From NCBI GenBank assembly GCA_015231175.1, contig JADGBZ010000003.1, forward strand, positions 26,463-90,462: a stretch of 64,000 nt of DNA, written 5' to 3'. A program made the position numbers and the translations under genes. The notes under the pieces are model-generated. The model was given only the letters and a program-made list of their open reading frames with translations. It searched no databases and was not told the DNA's origin. How positions within the stretch are numbered: the first letter of the stretch is position 1; every line of letters starts with the position of its first letter. Positions 43,965 through 53,509 of the stretch are shown piece after piece. Origin of the DNA: Magnetococcales bacterium (GTDB taxonomy: Bacteria; Pseudomonadota; Magnetococcia; Magnetococcales; DC0425bin3).

Positions 43965-46769
43965 TCAATTCGACAGGGCCTGTATCCTTTTGCTGACAAA
44001 ATTTTTCAGATTCAGCTTGAGTTGGCCATTTTCCATGGCATTGTGATAGGCCTGCAAGGCCGAAGATTTTTCTTCCACCCCCTCCAGGGAGATGGCCAAC
44101 CCCATCCACCATATGGCATTGTCCTGGTGTTTGGCCAAGAGTTTTTCGTAGAGATCAATGGCTTTCCAATGGTTTTTGTTGCGCTGATACATCGCTGCCA
44201 GGAGTGCCATCAGCTCTTCATCTTCTGCGCCGCCTTGCGCCTGGGCATTTTCCAAAACTCCAAGCGCGGACTCCGTCTTGCCATCCTGCACCAGAATCCG
44301 GGCAAACAATTTGACGAGACCACTGTCAAACCCCTTGGCCAGACCATCGGATAACAGAGGATAGGCCTCATTCGAGCGGCCAGAGGTGAACAGGATACGC
44401 GCCAGGAGTTCCCGGGCACGGTGGTTCGAAGAGTTCAGATCCAGGGCACGGCGGGAAAAATCCTCGGCTCCCTTGTTGTCCCCTTCCCGCTCCAGACGCT
44501 GCGCCTCCTGGAAAAACCTGTCAGACTGCATGGTTTTTCCCGAAACCCCCTGCCCTGCCTTTTGAATCACCTCCTTCAATGGCCGGGGTTTATGCAAAAA
44601 GGGCGTCGTTCCTTCGGAACTGGTGTGCGCTTCCACCACAGGTGAACCTGTCAACGGAACGGCGGCAACAGCTTCGGGAACCTGGGGAGGTTTGTGCTCC
44701 ATGGCCTGCCTGCCACTCAAGATCTCTTCGGCGCCCAACTCGGCCAGGGAAACCTTGTTGCCATTGCCGTTATAGTCCTCCAACACGTCAACCTTCCCCC
44801 CGACCGGGCCTGGTGTCCCAGTCCCGACTTCGTGACCTTTGTCGTTGGCCCCTCTGGCCACTGGTGCAGCGGAGACCGGTTTTTCCGCAGCCGCACCCCC
44901 TGAGGTGACTGGGTCAGAGGTGCCAGATTTGCCGGAGTCACTCTCCGTTCCCGTGACCGCTGCCAGAGCGTTCTCACTTTTTACGAGAGGAAGGTTGATC
45001 GAACGGCTGGCTACAACCTGTCCCGCCACCTTTTCCGGTAAATCGCCCGGGCTGTGGGAAGAGTCGATGGTGACCACATAACCGTCCCGTTTTTCCCGTT
45101 TCCGAAAATCCAGGCCGGCTTTTTCGGCCTCCCGCAAATCCTGGAAGTTGCCAATGCGCACGGTTTTACGCATCTTTCCCGATTTGCCGCTCGTGGGCAA
45201 TTCGAGGATATAGGGGTCATACCCCCGTTTGCGTAAATCCCGCACCAGATCCCTGGCACTGCCATCCTCGATGAAGGAACCCACCTGAATGGCATAACGA
45301 TCTTTTTCGTCGATATAGGATTTTTTAAGTGTTATCCCGTCATTCGTGGCAACCGTGGCAGGCACACCTTCCACTGGCCTTGCCACATCGGAAAGATCTG
45401 ACTTTGCAACAGGCTCTGTTGCGGTGGGTGTCTGGTCGGCCTGGGAGTGGACGGCCTTGCCCTTGGCCTTCCGCTGGACGGCCTTGTCGGCTGGCACTTT
45501 ACCTGCCGGAACTTCCTTCTCCAGATGCGCCGCAGCCGTGGTGCCATCACCCCGGCGGGCAATAAATTTGATGAAGGAACGGGATTCCACCGGCAGCACG
45601 TAGGCTTTGCCAAGATCTCCATTTCTGGTACGCGCCAGTGCCTGTTTGGCCACATCCATGTCGGTGAACAGGCCAAAACAAACGCTGTGCCACAAAGTGT
45701 TGTCCACATCCCGCAATCTCAGGACGTAGGGGTACATCCCTCTCTCGCGCAGTTTGGCGGCCAGTGCATCCGCCGAGGTCTGTTCCCGAAAAGAGCCTGC
45801 CTGTATGGCATAAAGGAAAAACGTCTTGCCATTCTCCTCAAGACTGGAAGCCGGCTTCCCCTCCCCTTTGACTGCATGGTTCGACGGGGTGGACGACGGT
45901 TGTCCAGCCGAGAGGATGGGAGGCAAAACCTCCTCGGACATTTTGCCAACCTTGCCATCCACCTGTAGCAGCGGGAGATCCTCCACCGCCTGGGCGACAA
46001 ACGCCCCTTCCATGCCCTGCGAGGCATACCCCCCTGAAACCGCAGCTGCCTTCTCACGGCTGACAAACGGCCCAGAGCGCACGGCAAACATGGGACGGTT
46101 CAAAAGATCGCGCACGGGCGAAATCCGACTGGACTCCCGGGCCGATGCAGGCAACTTCTCTTGAAACCGCTTTGCCTCCTCCAAGGTCGGGAACACACCC
46201 ATCTGGACCATGAAGGGTGCAGTCGCTCCTTTGGCCAACCCTCTCCCCCCATCCCGACTGCCTGCATCCGAGGCCGTCGATCTGGTAGAGTGGTCCGATT
46301 CGGTGGCTCCCGCTTCCAGTTCCAGGGTTTGCCCCATGGCCAAGGCAACGCTGTCAAGGGATTGGGGTGAGCCATCATCCAGGGAGTTTTCCTCCCTGAG
46401 CACTGGGATGGACGCATCCTGGTCGGAGGCGGCTTCGGAGGTGGGCTGGCGCACAGCTTCACGAGCCGCAGAGGGTACCGTGAGACTGGTTTCCTGCCCG
46501 GTGCGCCCGGAGGGATCCCCTTTGTGGTCCGTCATCAACCAAGGCATCATCGTCACTGCCGAGGCCAGCGCCATTCCCCCGGCCAGCCATAACAAACGCT
46601 GCCGTCCTGGCATCCCCCCCAGCCCGGCGGGAAATTTCATCACCCCATTGACGCCAACTCCGTCCTGGGCCTGCCCCGAGGCATGACGAATCTTCTCAAA
46701 ATCCCGCAACATCTGATGTATCAAACTCACGTTTCGCTCTCCATGCCAAATAGGGGGATCATCCTGCAT
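43965..46769 (-). CDS. TPR protein with three SPOR-like domains (MshN-like by position)
   Basis: 934 aa. C-terminal TPR repeats. Three SPOR-like segments (PFMVQMGVFPTLEEAKRF..., FFLYAIQAGSFREQTSADALAAKLRERGMYPYV..., RYAIQVGSFIEDGSARDLVRDLRKRGYDPYI...). Confidence 0.7.
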   Translation of the reverse strand: MQDDPPIWHGERNVSLIHQMLRDFEKIRHASGQAQDGVGVNGVMKFPAGLGGMPGRQRLLWLAGGMALASAVTMMPWLMTDHKGDPSGRTGQETSLTVPSAAREAVRQPTSEAASDQDASIPVLREENSLDDGSPQSLDSVALAMGQTLELEAGATESDHSTRSTASDAGSRDGGRGLAKGATAPFMVQMGVFPTLEEAKRFQEKLPASARESSRISPVRDLLNRPMFAVRSGPFVSREKAAAVSGGYASQGMEGAFVAQAVEDLPLLQVDGKVGKMSEEVLPPILSAGQPSSTPSNHAVKGEGKPASSLEENGKTFFLYAIQAGSFREQTSADALAAKLRERGMYPYVLRLRDVDNTLWHSVCFGLFTDMDVAKQALARTRNGDLGKAYVLPVESRSFIKFIARRGDGTTAAAHLEKEVPAGKVPADKAVQRKAKGKAVHSQADQTPTATEPVAKSDLSDVARPVEGVPATVATNDGITLKKSYIDEKDRYAIQVGSFIEDGSARDLVRDLRKRGYDPYILELPTSGKSGKMRKTVRIGNFQDLREAEKAGLDFRKREKRDGYVVTIDSSHSPGDLPEKVAGQVVASRSINLPLVKSENALAAVTGTESDSGKSGTSDPVTSGGAAAEKPVSAAPVARGANDKGHEVGTGTPGPVGGKVDVLEDYNGNGNKVSLAELGAEEILSGRQAMEHKPPQVPEAVAAVPLTGSPVVEAHTSSEGTTPFLHKPRPLKEVIQKAGQGVSGKTMQSDRFFQEAQRLEREGDNKGAEDFSRRALDLNSSNHRARELLARILFTSGRSNEAYPLLSDGLAKGFDSGLVKLFARILVQDGKTESALGVLENAQAQGGAEDEELMALLAAMYQRNKNHWKAIDLYEKLLAKHQDNAIWWMGLAISLEGVEEKSSALQAYHNAMENGQLKLNLKNFVSKRIQALSN

Positions 46770-46878
46770 CCAGGACTTTCCGACGCCGCATGATCCAGGT
46801 CAGCCACAACACTTTATGGGGGGATCATCCTGCATCCAGGACTTTCCGACGCCGCATGATCCAGGTCAGCCATAACAC
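46753..46878. repeat. 66-bp-period tandem duplication spanning the mshM stop / mshN start junction
   Basis: GGGGGATCATCCTGCATCCAGGACTTTCCGACGCCGCATGATCCAGGTCAGCCA(C/T)AACAC occurs at 46753-46812 and 46818-46878. Confidence 0.9.
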
Positions 46879-47766
46879 CTTGATGGTATGGAACCATTTG
46901 AAGAACAACAATATCCTCGGCTGCACTGTCGACACACCCTCCGTTTCCCGGACTGCCCGGCGCATGCACTTCGCCGTCACCAGTTGTTCCCTGTTCTCCG
47001 CTGCCAGGCCCAACGCCTTGTTGGCCAGAATATGCACCAACCTTGGAGATCCACGACTCCCTCGAAACAGGGCTTCAATCGCTTCCGGGGTGAACAACTC
47101 CCGCTCGCCACATCCCACAGCCTGCATGCGATGGCGCAGGTAGCTCCGTAACCGATCAATATCCATGGGCCGCAGGTGGCACGAGGTGGCAATACGCTGT
47201 TTCAGGGCTCGAACTTCGGGTTTTTCCAACCTTTCATCCAATTCCAATTGACCCAACAACACCACCTGGACAACCTTCTCCTTCTCCGTCTCCAGATTGG
47301 TCATCAGGCGCAACGCCTCCAGGGTGGAGTCCGGCACAGACTGGGCCTCATCCACCAGGATCAGGGCTTTCATGCCTCGCGATCCCATCAACATCAACTT
47401 TTCCAGCATTCGGTTCAGCAGCACCTGAAAACCCATGCCCGGCTCGGCCAGAATGCCAAACTCCGCTGCCAACACCTGATTCAAATCCCGTACCGAAAGC
47501 AGCGGATTCAACAGATAGGCCACGGCATAGCGCTTCTCCAGAATCCCCAGGAGGTATCGCCCCAACAGGGTTTTGCCAGTCCCGATATCACCTGTCACCT
47601 TGATGATCCCCTCACCTTCCTCCAATGCGGCCAGAACCGTCTTCGCGGTCATCAGGAATTCGAGATCTTCAAACAGGAATTCGGTATCCGGGGTCAAGGA
47701 AAAGGGCGTTGTACGCAAGCCGAAGTGTTCGAGGTAGTTCACCGAACCTACTCCTATTTGGCCCAC
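46825..47766 (-). CDS. mshM: ExeA/MshM-type AAA ATPase
   Basis: 313 aa. Walker A GDIGTGKT, Walker B ILVDEAQ. Confidence 0.85.
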   Translation of the reverse strand: MGQIGVGSVNYLEHFGLRTTPFSLTPDTEFLFEDLEFLMTAKTVLAALEEGEGIIKVTGDIGTGKTLLGRYLLGILEKRYAVAYLLNPLLSVRDLNQVLAAEFGILAEPGMGFQVLLNRMLEKLMLMGSRGMKALILVDEAQSVPDSTLEALRLMTNLETEKEKVVQVVLLGQLELDERLEKPEVRALKQRIATSCHLRPMDIDRLRSYLRHRMQAVGCGERELFTPEAIEALFRGSRGSPRLVHILANKALGLAAENREQLVTAKCMRRAVRETEGVSTVQPRILLFFKWFHTIKVLWLTWIMRRRKVLDAG

Positions 47767-49895
47767 CAGAGTGGGTTGTTGGTCTTCAAATTGTCGATGC
47801 GGTCCGCCGTCTCATCAAGCACACCAGCCCAATCCTGCATGCCATCGATCACCACGGGCCGCAGCAGGATGACCAATTCGCTTTTTACGGTTGATTTGTT
47901 GGTATTGCTGAAAATTTTTCCGATCAGGGGCAGATCTCCCAGAATCGGCACTTTATTGACGACCTCCTGCACCTGGTTTTTCATCAGTCCACCGATGACA
48001 ACCATGTCACCGCTCCGCACCCGCACCATGGTATCCACTTCGCGCGAGGTGGTGGAGGCCAGGGGGTAGACGTTAGCCGTACCGGCAAAAGAGACCGTCA
48101 AATTTTTCTGGGTCACGTTGGTGATCAACGGGTGAATGTAGAGGGTGATGATCCCATCCTCGCCAATCTGGGGTACCACATCCAGGGCCACCCCGGAAAA
48201 AAATGTCTGAAAGGTGGGAGAGACATTGACCGATGAGCTGCCGCCATTGGTACCGGCTGTCGTCTCCGACTTGACGTTGGTCAGAAAAAAATCATCCTCG
48301 CCGACCTTGATCACCGCCTTTTGATTGTTGACGGTGGAAACCCGTGGATTGGAGATGACCTGGACCTTCCCCTGGCTTTGCAGCATGCTGAGGAAGCCAA
48401 CGAAATCGTGCGTTCGCAAAGCCAGGGCGAAGGGACTGTCGCCGGTGGCCTGAGAAAGAATCCCTGTCACGCCCGCAATGACCGGATTGAGAGCCTGGGT
48501 CAAGGCAGAGGTCGATGAGGATGTGCCCCCCGATGTTGAACTCGTGCTTGTACTCGTCGCCCCGCCGGTCGATTCGGTCGTCGAGGTTGTTGACGGAGCC
48601 ACCGTCGTTGCGGTTGAACTGCCTACCTGGGCCTGTATGGCCTGAAACGACTGGAAGGCGCTGACATTGCCGCCCGTATCACCCGTGATGCCATTCTTGG
48701 GCTCGCTGGCCAGGGGCATTTTGCTGCCGAGCCCCCGATTGACGGCAGCCCAGTTGATGCCAAACTGAAAGCCATCATTGAGCGTCACTTCCATGATTTT
48801 GGCCTCAAGAATCACCTGACGCCGGACCCGGCGGGTCATCTTGTTCAGATAGCTCTCGATCTCCCGCAAATCTTCCGGATAGGCGCGCACCAGCAACAGC
48901 CCGGCCTGGCGATTGAGCATGAAGCTCTTGCCATCTACGGTGGCGTTCTGATTCTCCGTTGCCGAAGATCCTCCGCCCGGGGCACTCCCGCTCCCTGTCG
49001 AACCAGACGAAGTTCCACCTGTTCCCAGAAGAGCCTCGGCTGTCCCGAACCCCTGCGTTGCCCCGCTCCCTTGCGTTTGGGCTGCGGATTGTGACGACGA
49101 TGCCGCAGGCATTTTCAAGAAGGTACGCAGGGTCTGCTCCAACTCACCCCAAAAATCCGATTTGTTGGTCGTGCTGATGGAGCTTCCGGACAAATTCGAG
49201 GTCGTGGATGAACTCCCCGACGTACTCCCGCTCTGTCCACTGGTCGTGGTGGTGCTGGAGGCATTCCCCGTGCTGACCAACGTGTCGGACTTGCCGGTCC
49301 GCGCCACTGCCAGGATGTCCACCTTGAAAGTGCGCGTTGCCAGGCGGCGAGGGTAGATCCGGAAACTTCCCCAGGAATCCCTGTGTTCCGGCTCCTTGAA
49401 ACTGCAATCGTATCCGTAGATTTCACAGATGGTATCCACCGCATCCCGAACGGTCACATCCACCAGAGACAACGGCAGGGAGATATCCCCTTTGATGTCG
49501 GGGTGGACGATCATGGTGTACCGGGTTCCTTCGACGAGACTTAAGAAAAGATCCCGCGCCGGAATCCTGCCACCTTCGGACATGATCAGATCAATGCGGT
49601 AATCCCCCGCCAGATCTGTCATCTTTTTGACCTTATCGACGATGGCCGGCCCCCCAAGGGAGGGAATCAGGGCATCGGCAACGGCATCGGGCAACTCTCC
49701 ACGTGCCACGGCATCCCGTTTGGATCTCTCTGCTTTGGCGCTCTCCGGTACAATGGCGTCCACCGTCTCCTTGAAGTTGGACTTTTCCTCCTTTTGCAAT
49801 CCGACACAGGAGACCAAAAGAAGAAGGCCGACCGACCAGGTCAACAAGCGCCTGTCCGTCATAACTCCGGTCCATTTGGGGTGGTAAGGTTTCAT
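47754..49895 (-). CDS. mshL: secretin (GspD/PilQ family; MshL-like lipoprotein)
   Basis: 713 aa. Lipobox-like LLLVSC. C-terminal secretin core [14 protein letters not shown]...[32 protein letters not shown]. Three Ser/Thr/Gly-rich low-complexity inserts. Confidence 0.85.
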   Translation of the reverse strand: MKPYHPKWTGVMTDRRLLTWSVGLLLLVSCVGLQKEEKSNFKETVDAIVPESAKAERSKRDAVARGELPDAVADALIPSLGGPAIVDKVKKMTDLAGDYRIDLIMSEGGRIPARDLFLSLVEGTRYTMIVHPDIKGDISLPLSLVDVTVRDAVDTICEIYGYDCSFKEPEHRDSWGSFRIYPRRLATRTFKVDILAVARTGKSDTLVSTGNASSTTTTSGQSGSTSGSSSTTSNLSGSSISTTNKSDFWGELEQTLRTFLKMPAASSSQSAAQTQGSGATQGFGTAEALLGTGGTSSGSTGSGSAPGGGSSATENQNATVDGKSFMLNRQAGLLLVRAYPEDLREIESYLNKMTRRVRRQVILEAKIMEVTLNDGFQFGINWAAVNRGLGSKMPLASEPKNGITGDTGGNVSAFQSFQAIQAQVGSSTATTVAPSTTSTTESTGGATSTSTSSTSGGTSSSTSALTQALNPVIAGVTGILSQATGDSPFALALRTHDFVGFLSMLQSQGKVQVISNPRVSTVNNQKAVIKVGEDDFFLTNVKSETTAGTNGGSSSVNVSPTFQTFFSGVALDVVPQIGEDGIITLYIHPLITNVTQKNLTVSFAGTANVYPLASTTSREVDTMVRVRSGDMVVIGGLMKNQVQEVVNKVPILGDLPLIGKIFSNTNKSTVKSELVILLRPVVIDGMQDWAGVLDETADRIDNLKTNNPLWWAK

Positions 49896-50085
49896 CCAGC
49901 TCCCCGTGATCCGACCCAGTACTCAGTCAACATGCCATCACCCCGACACCGCCTCTGGATTCCTTTTCCAAGCTTACCATCGGAAAAGACGAACCCCGGA
50001 CGGAATCAACGGAGATAATGCAAGCAACATTCCAATCGGATTCGGGAAGTAAGGCAGCGGGCGAACAGGAGCAGGTATGGCGGAT

Positions 50086-50952
50086 TCACATCCCGATCAA
50101 CTCGCGATTCAGGCTTAACGAATAAACGGACAGTGTGACCGTCATGTCGGGGTATTGGCTCACGGCATATTCCAGGGAGTCCCAAAAAATAGCCCATTTC
50201 ATCACCTCAAGGGATTTTAAATATCTCACCACATCGAGGTAATTCCCCCGCAACCGGATCTTCATCCCATGCTTGAAGATGGCGTCTTCGGAAAATTCAC
50301 TCCCGGCGGCGGCGCCCTCCCTTGCACTCGGGTTCGTTGCCTTCTCTTCGGGCTTATGCGCTGCCGTGTCCGTTGCTTCGCCGGGTTTGTCAGGCGTCTT
50401 TTTCGATGCTTGGGATGTCGCAGGCGTTTTGCTTTTCTCCTTGGCGGAGGGGCCCTCCTTGGCGGAGGGGCTCTCATTGGCCTGGCTGGAAGTGCGTTCG
50501 GCAGGTTTGGATTTGGTCACCACGGGAACAGATGGATCAGCCGCCATCATGATCAGCTGCAATCCGCTCTCCGAGCGAAAAAACTGCCCCAGAATATGGG
50601 GCATATCCCGAGCATCCACCATGTTTTTCATGGCATCGGCCAACTGCGCCTTGATTTCACCAACTTCCTTCTGATATCTCTCCTTCCGGTCCCGATTCGC
50701 CCGGTCCGGGTCTTCCTTGCTGCGCCCAAGGACCGCCGCTTCGGCTGTGACCAGTTTGTCATACTGCTCCTGGGCCGCCACGATTTTGGTTTGAACTTCA
50801 GCCCGCCCCTTGATCCAAGGCTCCAGATAAAGCAGATCCCACAAACCTCCCAAGCCCACCAGGGCAATGCCCAGCAGAATGACGCGCTCCCTTTTGGTCA
50901 AGGCGTCGATCCGGGTCGTCAGTTTGGTGATCTGCTCTTGCAAAGCGCTCAT
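50086..50952 (-). CDS. PilO/MshJ-like pilus assembly protein
   Basis: N-terminal coiled coil plus a TM segment (RERVILLGIALVGLGGLWDLLYL). A central K/P/S/E-rich low-complexity insert. Assigned by position between the PilN-like gene and the secretin. Confidence 0.55.
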   Translation of the reverse strand: MSALQEQITKLTTRIDALTKRERVILLGIALVGLGGLWDLLYLEPWIKGRAEVQTKIVAAQEQYDKLVTAEAAVLGRSKEDPDRANRDRKERYQKEVGEIKAQLADAMKNMVDARDMPHILGQFFRSESGLQLIMMAADPSVPVVTKSKPAERTSSQANESPSAKEGPSAKEKSKTPATSQASKKTPDKPGEATDTAAHKPEEKATNPSAREGAAAGSEFSEDAIFKHGMKIRLRGNYLDVVRYLKSLEVMKWAIFWDSLEYAVSQYPDMTVTLSVYSLSLNRELIGM

Positions 50953-50997
50953 GTCAAACCATATCCATCCTGAGGCAGGTTGTTTTCGGGCGACCGC

Positions 50998-51780
50998 TCA
51001 ATTCGTCCTCCCCTGACGATTTTCCTGGACCTTTTTGTCGGACCCCGACTTTCCTCCCTCTTTGGAACTGCCTCCCCTGGATGGGTCGTTCCTGCTTTCC
51101 TTTTTGGACAGAGCTTGATCGCGACGAATGTCCTGGTCGATCGTCTTGATCTGGAACCTGATCAAAGGTCCGCCTGCACCGATTGTGGGAACCGGAACCG
51201 GTTTATCCTTTGTTTCTTCATTGGGCTGGATATCCTCAGACATTTGGAAATGACTGAAGCGTCGTCCAGAAAATATTTTTTGTCGGGAGAGATGCTGTAG
51301 ATAGAGCGGCACCAGTTCGGCGCTTTTGGTTTTCCCTTCCAGGACCAGATCCTCCCCGCCTGAAAAAACACCGATGCCATCCAGCCACAGACCATCCACC
51401 TTCTCCCGCCCCAAAGCCTCCAGGATAGCGCTAAAACCACGCGCATTCCCGGTCTGGTTCTGTTTCAACAGATCTGCCACCCTGTGCATCCGCTTGACCT
51501 CTTTCTCCAGCTCGTCGGCTTTCCGGCGCAGCGTCGTACTCTCCTTGGGCGGAGGAAATTTTTTGACCAGATCCTGCAACAATTCAGACTTTTGGTTTTG
51601 CTGTTCAACCAGCAGTTGCAGATGACCCTCTTCGCGTGCAGCCAGCCAATTCATCACACCGGAGACAAGAACGAGAAATAAAATGAACAACAGTCCCACC
51701 AAAAACATGCCCCGTGCAACCAAAAACTCTTTTTTGATGTGGAATTGGGACTGGTAAAGATTGATCTGTTGGTCAATCAT
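50998..51780 (-). CDS. PilN-like (fimbrial assembly) protein
   Basis: MIDQQINLYQSQF... followed by the TM segment MFLVGLLFILFLVLVSG and a coiled coil. A 4-nt overlap with the upstream PilM-like gene. Confidence 0.55.
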   Translation of the reverse strand: MIDQQINLYQSQFHIKKEFLVARGMFLVGLLFILFLVLVSGVMNWLAAREEGHLQLLVEQQNQKSELLQDLVKKFPPPKESTTLRRKADELEKEVKRMHRVADLLKQNQTGNARGFSAILEALGREKVDGLWLDGIGVFSGGEDLVLEGKTKSAELVPLYLQHLSRQKIFSGRRFSHFQMSEDIQPNEETKDKPVPVPTIGAGGPLIRFQIKTIDQDIRRDQALSKKESRNDPSRGGSSKEGGKSGSDKKVQENRQGRTN

Positions 51781-53162
51781 TTCGTTTTATCTTGACGCAG
51801 AGCGGCGCCGATGGCGGGAAGACAGCGGGCCAAGTCAATATCATCGATCTTTGCTTCGACCTCCAAAATTTTTGACAGAACAAGCTCTTTCAAACGCATC
51901 CCCAGTTTGTCGGCCAGGACTGCCAGCAAACCATGAAAAACCACCGGCAGCGGCGCAACATAAACGCAACTGACGGAGGGTTGCATGAAATGACTCTCAT
52001 AGTAATCGAGTGTACGTTGGATCTCCAGAACAATGGAGTCAATCACGGATGAGGCCGCCAGCTCTTCTTCTCCGGCATCGGCACGTCCCGAAAGGGACTC
52101 CAACAATTGATCGACGCCAAAATCCAGGGGGCGCGCCAGATAGGTCACCCCCCCCCGGGTGACCTGCACCAACCCATCCGTGCGCCCGAGATAAAGCAGG
52201 CCAACCCCCTCGGCATCATCCGGAAGCAGCGCGGTCAGGTTGCGCAAGGCCAATTCAAGGATATCGATAGCCACCAGGGGGAGGTTGAGTTGGTGAAACA
52301 GGTTGAAACACTCCTTGATCACAGCTTCACGGGCCGCCACCACATAGACCATCTCCGGTTGACCAGGATTTTTCTTCTGGGGCAGGTCAAACACCTCGAC
52401 CACGGCCTCCTTGACCGGAAACTCCAACCGATCCTTGATGCGCCACTTCATGGCTGAAGCCAATTCACTCCTGGCCACTTGTGGCGCCTCGGCTGGAAAC
52501 AGGGCGTATTGTCCGGGAAACAGCAAACCCGCAAAACGGCCATGGTGCAGCTCGCGGGCGCGCAGGGTCTGATTCAGGGAGAACCACTCCGTGCCCTCGG
52601 CAGCAGAGGCCGTTGCCGAAACGAAGAAACATTCCTTCAGAATGGGGGTCTCTCCCTCGCCACGCCATACAATACGCGCCACGCCAAAACCATCCGGGGA
52701 GACCGTCAGTCCAACCAATCCTGCCAAGGTCCGCTTCTTGAACAGCTCCAGAAAGCGCTGTTTTAACCGCCGGTCGATCAAACGAGTCCGGCGTTTGGCG
52801 TCCCGACGCTCCTCTCCCTGATACCGGAAACGTGTCAGCCACGCGATGATGCGGGGCTTGCGGCGGTTCGGAGTCTGGCGCCTGTCCGATTTTTTCCTGT
52901 TTTTCGCGTCCAGATTCAACACGATGACGGTGTCCCTGCGGTTGGTCAAACCCAATACGACACACCACGTCCCTTGCTCGCACGCAAACGTCTGGCAGTC
53001 AAGCAAATCGCATGCCGTGCCAGCAAGACCAAGCGGTTTCCACATCACATCACCCCAGATCTTGCCAGCACATCCTGAGCGAACCGGATCAAGCCTTGCG
53101 GAACAGACGGATTCCGTTCCAGAAAGTGGGGTGTGCGTTGTGAGCGGTAAAACGGTAGGCAC
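51777..53162 (-). CDS. PilM/MshI-like actin-fold pilus assembly protein (start uncertain)
   Basis: The C-terminal ~330 aa look PilM-like and the gene is coupled to the PilN-like gene. The N-terminal ~125 aa are Cys-rich then very basic, and may not be translated. Confidence 0.55.
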   Translation of the reverse strand: MPTVLPLTTHTPLSGTESVCSARLDPVRSGCAGKIWGDVMWKPLGLAGTACDLLDCQTFACEQGTWCVVLGLTNRRDTVIVLNLDAKNRKKSDRRQTPNRRKPRIIAWLTRFRYQGEERRDAKRRTRLIDRRLKQRFLELFKKRTLAGLVGLTVSPDGFGVARIVWRGEGETPILKECFFVSATASAAEGTEWFSLNQTLRARELHHGRFAGLLFPGQYALFPAEAPQVARSELASAMKWRIKDRLEFPVKEAVVEVFDLPQKKNPGQPEMVYVVAAREAVIKECFNLFHQLNLPLVAIDILELALRNLTALLPDDAEGVGLLYLGRTDGLVQVTRGGVTYLARPLDFGVDQLLESLSGRADAGEEELAASSVIDSIVLEIQRTLDYYESHFMQPSVSCVYVAPLPVVFHGLLAVLADKLGMRLKELVLSKILEVEAKIDDIDLARCLPAIGAALRQDKTK

Positions 53163-53232
53163 CGTTATCGTTCAGCCCAGACCGTCCAAGACACCCCGCG
53201 CCATGGCACGGCGGAGGATGCCGCGTCAGACA

Positions 53233-53463
53233 TCAGAACCAGCTCTCGACTTTGCTCCGTGTCGGCACACCACCAGCATGTACCACTTTGCCGTCAACCA
53301 CGACACCAGGCGTGGACATGACACCATAGGACATGATCTGTTGCAGGTCTTCCACTTTTTCAAGATGAATGTCAATATCCTTCGCCTTGGCGACTTCCTT
53401 TACAAGACTAAGGGTGGTCCGACAATTGGCACAACCGGTGCCAAGCACTTTGATGTTTTTCAT
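53233..53463 (-). CDS. thioredoxin-fold redox-active disulfide protein (small glutaredoxin-like)
   Basis: 76 aa. MKNIKVLGTGCANCRTT... with a CxxC motif. This is the family usually paired with the adjacent permease type. Confidence 0.8.
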   Translation of the reverse strand: MKNIKVLGTGCANCRTTLSLVKEVAKAKDIDIHLEKVEDLQQIMSYGVMSTPGVVVDGKVVHAGGVPTRSKVESWF

Positions 53464-53509
53464 TCATTTCTCCAACAATGTCAACGGCAAGAACCCCAAT
53501 CGGCAACTC

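Noticed and set aside
42198-44354. 366-aa and 314-aa plus-strand ORFs
   Set aside because: Antisense to the MshE-like ATPase and the start of the TPR gene. Gln/His/Leu-rich mirror translations.
49896-50085. Missing mshK: an 18-codon ORF (MLLALSPLIPSGVRLFRW) in the gap between the MshJ-like gene and the secretin
   Set aside because: Too short and without an RBS. Possibly a remnant, but it cannot be supported as a gene.
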